A DNA stretch of 64,000 nucleotides, from assembly GCA_030603385.1 (NCBI GenBank), contig JAUVXW010000008.1, positions 64,001 through 128,000 of the forward strand. Direction: 5' to 3'. Of the stretch, positions 58,604 to 64,000 are shown one piece after another. Origin of the DNA: Promethearchaeota archaeon. GTDB taxonomy: Archaea; Asgardarchaeota; Lokiarchaeia; Sigyniarchaeales; SOKP01. The notes under the pieces are model-generated. The model searched no databases. It had not been told where the DNA came from and worked only from the letters and a program-made list of their open reading frames with translations. The translations under genes were made by a program, and so were the position numbers. Each line of letters opens with the position of its first letter. The first letter of the stretch is position 1.

Positions 58604-60802
58604 CTATTCTTTATGGGCTTTTAATTTTACTGTAAGATCCCGCGCTCGTTTAGAATACCAAATTAATAATTCTCCCGCATCTTCTGGCTCGAAATATTCT
58701 CCACCGCACAATGATGCTGCGCGTGTCATTAATTCTCGATCTGGGTTACCTAAGCCGAGTATATAAATTACTACATTTGGATTTTCACTAAACAATTTAA
58801 CGGATTGAAGGAATGGTTCTTTCTGCGTGGGTTGGCCGTCTGTAAGGAGTACGATCATTGTAGGCTGGTCTGGGTTCATTTTTTCAAATTCTCCAAGCAC
58901 TTGGTGCGCAGCATTCATCGCTAAATGCATGTTGGTAGCTTGACCATAACTGTTGCCAATTCTATCCACGATCATTCTTGCGGCATCTTCGAGTACTCCC
59001 TTTTTACCACTTGCTGAATCCATGTAATAGCTGTTTCCAAAAGGAAGCGTCTGTGCCTCATCAGCAAACCTAATAACTGAAACTTTTTCTCCAAAACCTC
59101 TTCCTACCTTTTCGCTTAAGAACAAAACTGCAGCAAAAGCAGCCGAAATTCTACGAGGTATGTAAATACCATCTTTGAAATTTTTTAAAAACTCTTGGAT
59201 TTCTCGAGATTCCATAGCCGCTTTTATTCCTTCGATAGCAGGTGCTATGTTAGTGACAAGCACATCTCTGGCCATCATGCTCCGACTAATATCGATTATT
59301 AGAATAGCGTTGAAAGGGATTAACCCTACTGGGCTCAAAGATAATGTAGTGTTTTCAGTAACACTTGCAAAAATATCTCCAGCAAGATCAGGAACTGTAT
59401 CAAGAATTGAGCAAGCTATGTTTACAGCATTCCATCTTAGTTTAATGCCTTTAAATATAACATAATTTGATATCCAGCCCTTCATAGAGGATATGTTTTC
59501 TCGTGCCGTGCTTATAATGTCCCATAAACCCTCACCCGAAATAGCGGAAATTCCTAGTGATATACTTTGTAAAGGGATAATTGTTCTTTGATTTTTAGAA
59601 ACTTTTACTTCAAAGCTTCCAATCCCAGAAGCTTCTAATATCTCGCTATCAATGATAATTACATCATCGGGAGTTGATTCTAAAACATCTACTTTTCCAG
59701 CACCCATAGCCCCGGTAAGTTCATCCTCGAATGCCAGAATATCATTTTGCTGAATCGAGAGAGAATATTGAGTTCTTGGGCTCACTAAAGCATATCCCAT
59801 TAAATTAGGTTGAGATTCAACTTGCAACATTAATTCAGATGCTCTCTCTATAGGAGGTTCTGTTGAATATATGACTATTTGGTCAAATTTAATATTGGTA
59901 TCCTCATAAGTATCAAAACTCATCTTTAAATCAGTCATAGCTATATTTGCTTCATCAATCCGAGCCGATCCCATAGATCTTGTTAATGGATCTTCCCAAG
60001 CTATTAGCATTCCTTGCCCAAGACCTAATTGTTGAAGAACATTAGGGCTTAATTGAATTCTCCCTCCTTCTATATTATTATCTATTACAGGATTAAGAAT
60101 TATACCATGTTTTTGACTCGCTAACATATTAATATCGATTTTATTCGGGTAAGGTTCAACTGGAGCTGCTGGCTGGGTTAATGGTTGTGTGGTAGGAGAT
60201 GGAGGAAATCCTGGCGTCGTAGGTTGAGGTGGGGGTGAAGGTAATGGTGATAAGGAAGGCTGAGGTGCAGGAGTAGGTGGTGATGGAGTGAGTAGAGGTA
60301 TTGGTGCAGGTTGTGAGGATGGCTGAAACATTGTAGGGGGTTGGGGGACTGGTGTCGGTTGAATCTGTGGAGGTGGTGCAGGTTGTGGAGATGGCTGCGG
60401 AGTGGCTGTGGGTTGAGGAGGAGTTATTACAGGAGAGGGTGGAGGTGTAGGTAATGGGGACAATGTAGACGGTTCCGTTGGTGCTGGAGTGGGCTGTTGT
60501 GTAGGAACTTTAGGAACCTGTATTTTAGGTGTAAGGGAAGCAGCAGCACTAGCAGGGCGAACGGTTAATTCTACTCCTGAAAATTGTAAATCTTCAAGAA
60601 CGTTTTTTGCGAATTGTCCAGCGAAATCTAACATATCATTTGATATCTCTATGATAGCTACTTTTTTCAAGTTATTATCAGAATTTATAACCTCTACTGA
60701 ATCTCCATTTTTTACACCTAATTTATCAGCATTAGATTGACAGATTATTACTTTATCTGATATTTCATTATTACCATCTACAAAAAGTTTGAGTTCTGCC
60801 AT
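58604..60802 (-). CDS. CDC48-N-like (double-psi barrel) repeats + Pro-rich linker + C-terminal vWA domain
   Basis: ADKLGVKNGDSVEV, LQQLGLGQG, MIDAS DISRSM...TN...LLTDGQP, YILGLG, GGEYF. Confidence 0.8.
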   Translation of the reverse strand: MAELKLFVDGNNEISDKVIICQSNADKLGVKNGDSVEVINSDNNLKKVAIIEISNDMLDFAGQFAKNVLEDLQFSGVELTVRPASAAASLTPKIQVPKVPTQQPTPAPTEPSTLSPLPTPPPSPVITPPQPTATPQPSPQPAPPPQIQPTPVPQPPTMFQPSSQPAPIPLLTPSPPTPAPQPSLSPLPSPPPQPTTPGFPPSPTTQPLTQPAAPVEPYPNKIDINMLASQKHGIILNPVIDNNIEGGRIQLSPNVLQQLGLGQGMLIAWEDPLTRSMGSARIDEANIAMTDLKMSFDTYEDTNIKFDQIVIYSTEPPIERASELMLQVESQPNLMGYALVSPRTQYSLSIQQNDILAFEDELTGAMGAGKVDVLESTPDDVIIIDSEILEASGIGSFEVKVSKNQRTIIPLQSISLGISAISGEGLWDIISTARENISSMKGWISNYVIFKGIKLRWNAVNIACSILDTVPDLAGDIFASVTENTTLSLSPVGLIPFNAILIIDISRSMMARDVLVTNIAPAIEGIKAAMESREIQEFLKNFKDGIYIPRRISAAFAAVLFLSEKVGRGFGEKVSVIRFADEAQTLPFGNSYYMDSASGKKGVLEDAARMIVDRIGNSYGQATNMHLAMNAAHQVLGEFEKMNPDQPTMIVLLTDGQPTQKEPFLQSVKLFSENPNVVIYILGLGNPDRELMTRAASLCGGEYFEPEDAGELLIWYSKRARDLTVKLKAHKE

Positions 60803-60962
60803 ATTTACTCACTAATTTTACTCAATTTTTTAATATAATATAAGTGATATAGATTAAAATGTCTATCAATTATTGTTTACTTTCTTTATTAATATTAAAC
60901 TAATATCAGTATAAGATATTTATCAAGAATTGATAAAATCATACACATAAATATATTTATTT

Positions 60963-61250
60963 ATGCAATTGAGGAATTTACGGTCAATACTAATCAAATA
61001 TGCTATAGATAAAAAATCTCGTCAGAGAGAAGAGTTAGAGTGTATATGGTGGGATGAGAATGGCAGTCCAGCAGAATAAAAAGAAACTAATTTAGCAATA
61101 TCGCGAAGACCTGTTAGAGAAATGTACAAAATAGATAGGGCCTTAGATAAATCTATTTGTTTTTATCCCGTATGTCAGAAGGCGGACCAAGATATGATAT
61201 TTAATCCAATAATGAAGATGTGGTTTGGGAAAAAAATTAGAATAAGTTAA
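60963..61250 (+). pseudogene. degraded small gene with internal TAA (61077-61079)
   Basis: In-frame MQLRN...PAE*KETN...CFYPVCQKADQDMIFNP..KMWF; looks like an eroded Zn-finger gene. Confidence 0.4.
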
Positions 61251-61301
61251 CAGCCTAGTTTATTATGTATGGGATGCTACTCTTGGAAATACCTTTCTCC
61301 G

Positions 61302-61691
61302 TTATTGAATTGGGTAACGGGTCCCTATCTCTTTACTGTAGTATCTAAAGATTTTAACGAGCTTCCCTAATTCAGGCATTTGTCTGGATGCACCCATTAG
61401 GAAAAATCTACCAGCAGCACTAAGAATGATAAAACCATTATCACCACGTAAAATAACTTCAAGCATATTTGTAAATCCTAGAGAATCAATTGCATCACTA
61501 CCAGACTGCATAACTACTGCACTTAAACTAGCAAAAAGGTCAGGATCCACACTATAACCGGGAACTGCACTAAAAGCGAGTCGGAGTCCTTCTCGAGTGA
61601 TAAGTGCCAGCGAGTCCAATTCGCTGTATTCAGTAATTGATCCGAGAAACTGGCTAAGGGACTGTGCTTCGTCAGGAGTTAATTCTGCCAT
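61302..61691 (-). CDS. roadblock/LC7 domain protein
   Basis: ALITREGL, DPDLFASLSA, EVILRGDNGFIIL, LGKLV. Confidence 0.85.
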   Translation of the reverse strand: MAELTPDEAQSLSQFLGSITEYSELDSLALITREGLRLAFSAVPGYSVDPDLFASLSAVVMQSGSDAIDSLGFTNMLEVILRGDNGFIILSAAGRFFLMGASRQMPELGKLVKIFRYYSKEIGTRYPIQ

Positions 61692-61822
61692 AATATATTA
61701 AATTTTTTTTATTCAATTAATAATAATTAAAAAATTTTAACTTAAAAAATTATATTTTAAGAATATTTGAAATTTTTAACTTTTCTAAATAAAATAAGAG
61801 AAAGGTTATTGAAAAAATTCAC

Positions 61823-62662
61823 TTACTTACCTTCTAATTGGTGTTTAATTTGATCTTTTAATAATTCTCGTTTGGATTTACCTTCAACAGGCTTAGATGA
61901 CTGGCCAGAGCGTTTAAGAAACTCTATTGCTAATATCTTGCCATTCTTGCTAAGGATACGCGGCGAATAGTTTTCCGCAAAGAAGATTCCCTCAGGGATC
62001 GCACCCACTTTTGAGATTTCTTTAGTAATTTGCTTTTCACCTAAGAATTGTTGTACTTTTTCAACGACAGAATAAGCTTGGTTCCCGATTATTATTAATT
62101 CTCTTTCAAAACCAGAAGGCATTTTTATTTCTTCTAATTTTGCCATAATCTCTTGAAAATCGATTTGAGTTTCCTCGTGCATATATGCTGTCATCGATCC
62201 TTCTCCTCTATATAAAGGGCCTGCATTTTGTTCTGCTCGTGATTTACTCCCTGCAATATTCATTCCGTCAGCGGGTTCTGGAGTTCCAAAAACATTCCTT
62301 TCTCTCAATGGATGAACGGATGGTGGGGCAACTGGTTCATCTTTTATTTCTTTAGCAATTCCTCCTTCTGTTCTTCCACCAATAAGTTTTATAAATTCAG
62401 AATCTTCTTCACCTTCGTCAAGAGGTATTACACTGTAATGCATTCCTACTTGACCACGGATTTCTTGAGATCTCTTTGCCCCAATAAATTTAGATCTAAC
62501 ACTGCTTTTTATACCCTTCCAGAGATAAACTTTTCTTGATTCATCATCAACGAGAACATAACATTCATCAGTACTTAACACATCCTTAATTGGACCTTCT
62601 GTTGTCAGTTCGGTTGTTGTTCCATCTGGATTAATAAGAAAGACTTGCGTTATTTTAATCAA
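61823..62662 (-). CDS. single gelsolin-domain protein with C-terminal extra domain (1DGelX-like)
   Basis: L.TDECYVL......VYLWKG..SS.R.KF.GA...DEGEE..EF; C-term FERELIIIG domain. Confidence 0.82.
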   Translation of the reverse strand: MIKITQVFLINPDGTTTELTTEGPIKDVLSTDECYVLVDDESRKVYLWKGIKSSVRSKFIGAKRSQEIRGQVGMHYSVIPLDEGEEDSEFIKLIGGRTEGGIAKEIKDEPVAPPSVHPLRERNVFGTPEPADGMNIAGSKSRAEQNAGPLYRGEGSMTAYMHEETQIDFQEIMAKLEEIKMPSGFERELIIIGNQAYSVVEKVQQFLGEKQITKEISKVGAIPEGIFFAENYSPRILSKNGKILAIEFLKRSGQSSKPVEGKSKRELLKDQIKHQLEGK

Positions 62663-62878
62663 TCTCCTCTATTCTTTTATGAAAACTAGCTTATGGTTAA
62701 ATAAATTATATTAATTGCAAATTGTTACTCAAAATATTAATTCTAAAACCTCAACTTAGTTATCATAACAACTAGTTTAATAATATAATAAATTAGAAAC
62801 TAATAAATTTTTATCAAAAAACAAAAATACGTTCTGACGTCTCTTAATTTGTTATCAAAATATTTATCTTTAGATGAA

Positions 62879-64000
62879 TTAAAGATTAAATAATTTCTTT
62901 GTTACACTATTAATATTGTTAATCATATCTACTGCCGTAAAACGCGTTCCTATATTCTGTTTACAATATTCACCAATGCTACCGTTAAGGAACGCGCCAG
63001 AACATGCTGATTTAAATAGGTTATTATCTGTAGCCAGAAAAGCAGCACATAGTCCAGCTAATACATCCCCTGTACCTCCTATTGACATTTCTGGACATCC
63101 TATACGATTAATTTTTATTTCTTTCCCATTACTTATATAGTCATATGGTCCTTTTACGAGAAGTGTAAAATCATATTTTTTAGCTAACTTTAATACTGCC
63201 TTACTCCTTTCTTCAATCTGGTCATACGAGGGTAACTCTATGCCCGTCATAATTTTTAATTCGCCTTCATGTGGGGTTAAAATAACATTCTGACCCTTTA
63301 ATAATTCAAGATGATTTTTAACTAATTTTAAAGAATCAGCATCAAGTACACATGACTTCTTCTCATGTTTGAGTTTTTCTAGTAGTTTGAGTAATAATTC
63401 TTCAGTTTCTTTTTGCAATCCTAAACCCGGACCTATAACTACTGCATTAGACCATTCAATTAACTCTGAGATCTCATCAAATGAATTCATATTTAACCAT
63501 TTACCGGGGCTTGTCCTTATGATCATGTTTGGAGAATAATTCCTTATAGCATCTCCAACAACTTCTGGAACATAAGTTATGACCAAATCTATTCCAAAAT
63601 TAATCCCTGCTAGTGAGGAATATGCAGGAGCTCCGGAATAATTTTTGGATCCTCCTATAACAAGGATTCTTCCAAATTGCCCCTTATGATTATCAACATT
63701 TCTAGTTTTTAGAGTTGGAATTAAATCACCTTTTCCTACAAATAGGGACGCCTCAGAGGGGATTCCGATAGATCTGATTATGATTTCTTTTATATAATCG
63801 CTTTTAATGTCTAATCCTTTTTTAATTCGGTGAAGTGCTACAACTAAATCTGCTCTTACAGCTTTATGAATCACTTCTCCAGTATTTGGGTTCATCCCAG
63901 AAGGTATATCAATTGATACGACTTCTATTTCGTTTTCCTCTCTTAATTTATTTATAACATCGATAGTTGTTGATATAGGTTCTCTAATTTTTCCAGACAC
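62879..64000 (-). CDS. nnr: bifunctional NAD(P)H-hydrate epimerase/dehydratase, 5' part outside window
   Basis: SIDIPSG, HKGQFGRILVIGGS..YSGAP, IGPGLG, DAD, TPHEGE, GGTGDVLAG. Confidence 0.93.
   Translation of the reverse strand: MSGKIREPISTTIDVINKLREENEIEVVSIDIPSGMNPNTGEVIHKAVRADLVVALHRIKKGLDIKSDYIKEIIIRSIGIPSEASLFVGKGDLIPTLKTRNVDNHKGQFGRILVIGGSKNYSGAPAYSSLAGINFGIDLVITYVPEVVGDAIRNYSPNMIIRTSPGKWLNMNSFDEISELIEWSNAVVIGPGLGLQKETEELLLKLLEKLKHEKKSCVLDADSLKLVKNHLELLKGQNVILTPHEGELKIMTGIELPSYDQIEERSKAVLKLAKKYDFTLLVKGPYDYISNGKEIKINRIGCPEMSIGGTGDVLAGLCAAFLATDNNLFKSACSGAFLNGSIGEYCKQNIGTRFTAVDMINNINSVTKKLFNL

Noticed and set aside
60140-60560. GC-rich repetitive stretch as CRISPR array or foreign DNA
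   Set aside because: Explained by Pro/Thr/Gln codons of the vWA protein linker; no repeat-spacer periodicity.
1726-63140. Many short ORFs overlapping longer genes, mostly antisense (e.g. 1726-2085, 5875-6066, 17251-17607, 29396-29707, 47128-47466, 55918-56229, 59175-59465)
   Set aside because: Shadows of well-supported genes; no motifs or SD sites.
1-64000. tRNA/rRNA genes and IS elements
   Set aside because: No GC-rich cloverleaf or rRNA-like segments and no transposase motifs recognised; not confirmed computationally.

Overview
AT-rich (roughly 28-30% GC by eye) archaeal DNA, almost certainly Asgard/Lokiarchaeia. Supporting signs are an actin-related protein, a gelsolin-domain protein, two roadblock proteins, an MglA-like GTPase, GGTGA-type Shine-Dalgarno sites and a Loki-type 'FWxHCSNLQxW' family gene. 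Bases ~1-13.7 kb form an accessory/defence island lying between a truncated and a full copy of a fucose/arabinose-isomerase gene. It holds a complete type II CBASS operon (endonuclease-SAVED effector, CD-NTase with a non-ATG start and a capped C-terminal Gly, E2-E1 Cap2, JAB Cap3). Next to it are a divergent pair (membrane-anchored HEPN/TIGR02391 protein and a class III nucleotidyl-cyclase-like protein) and a repeat-containing PD-(D/E)XK nuclease. The rest is mostly core: methyltransferases, acyl-CoA enzymes, gatAB-asnS, cofE/folP, gyrB-gyrA, a DEAD-box helicase and nnr. A minus-strand cluster of eukaryotic-signature genes sits at 52-63 kb. Best leads: (1) the cyclase + TM-HEPN pair beside CBASS; (2) a single-gene 760-bp cassette between gyrB and gyrA bounded by 35-bp direct repeats; (3) the atypical CBASS conjugation machinery; (4) an Arp co-encoded with an apparently dead caspase-like CHAT protein; (5) repeated ATA/ATT/CTG starts; (6) an in-frame UGA in a small membrane protein. 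No tRNA, rRNA, CRISPR array or transposase was recognised. All family assignments are by eye from motifs; no database search was run.
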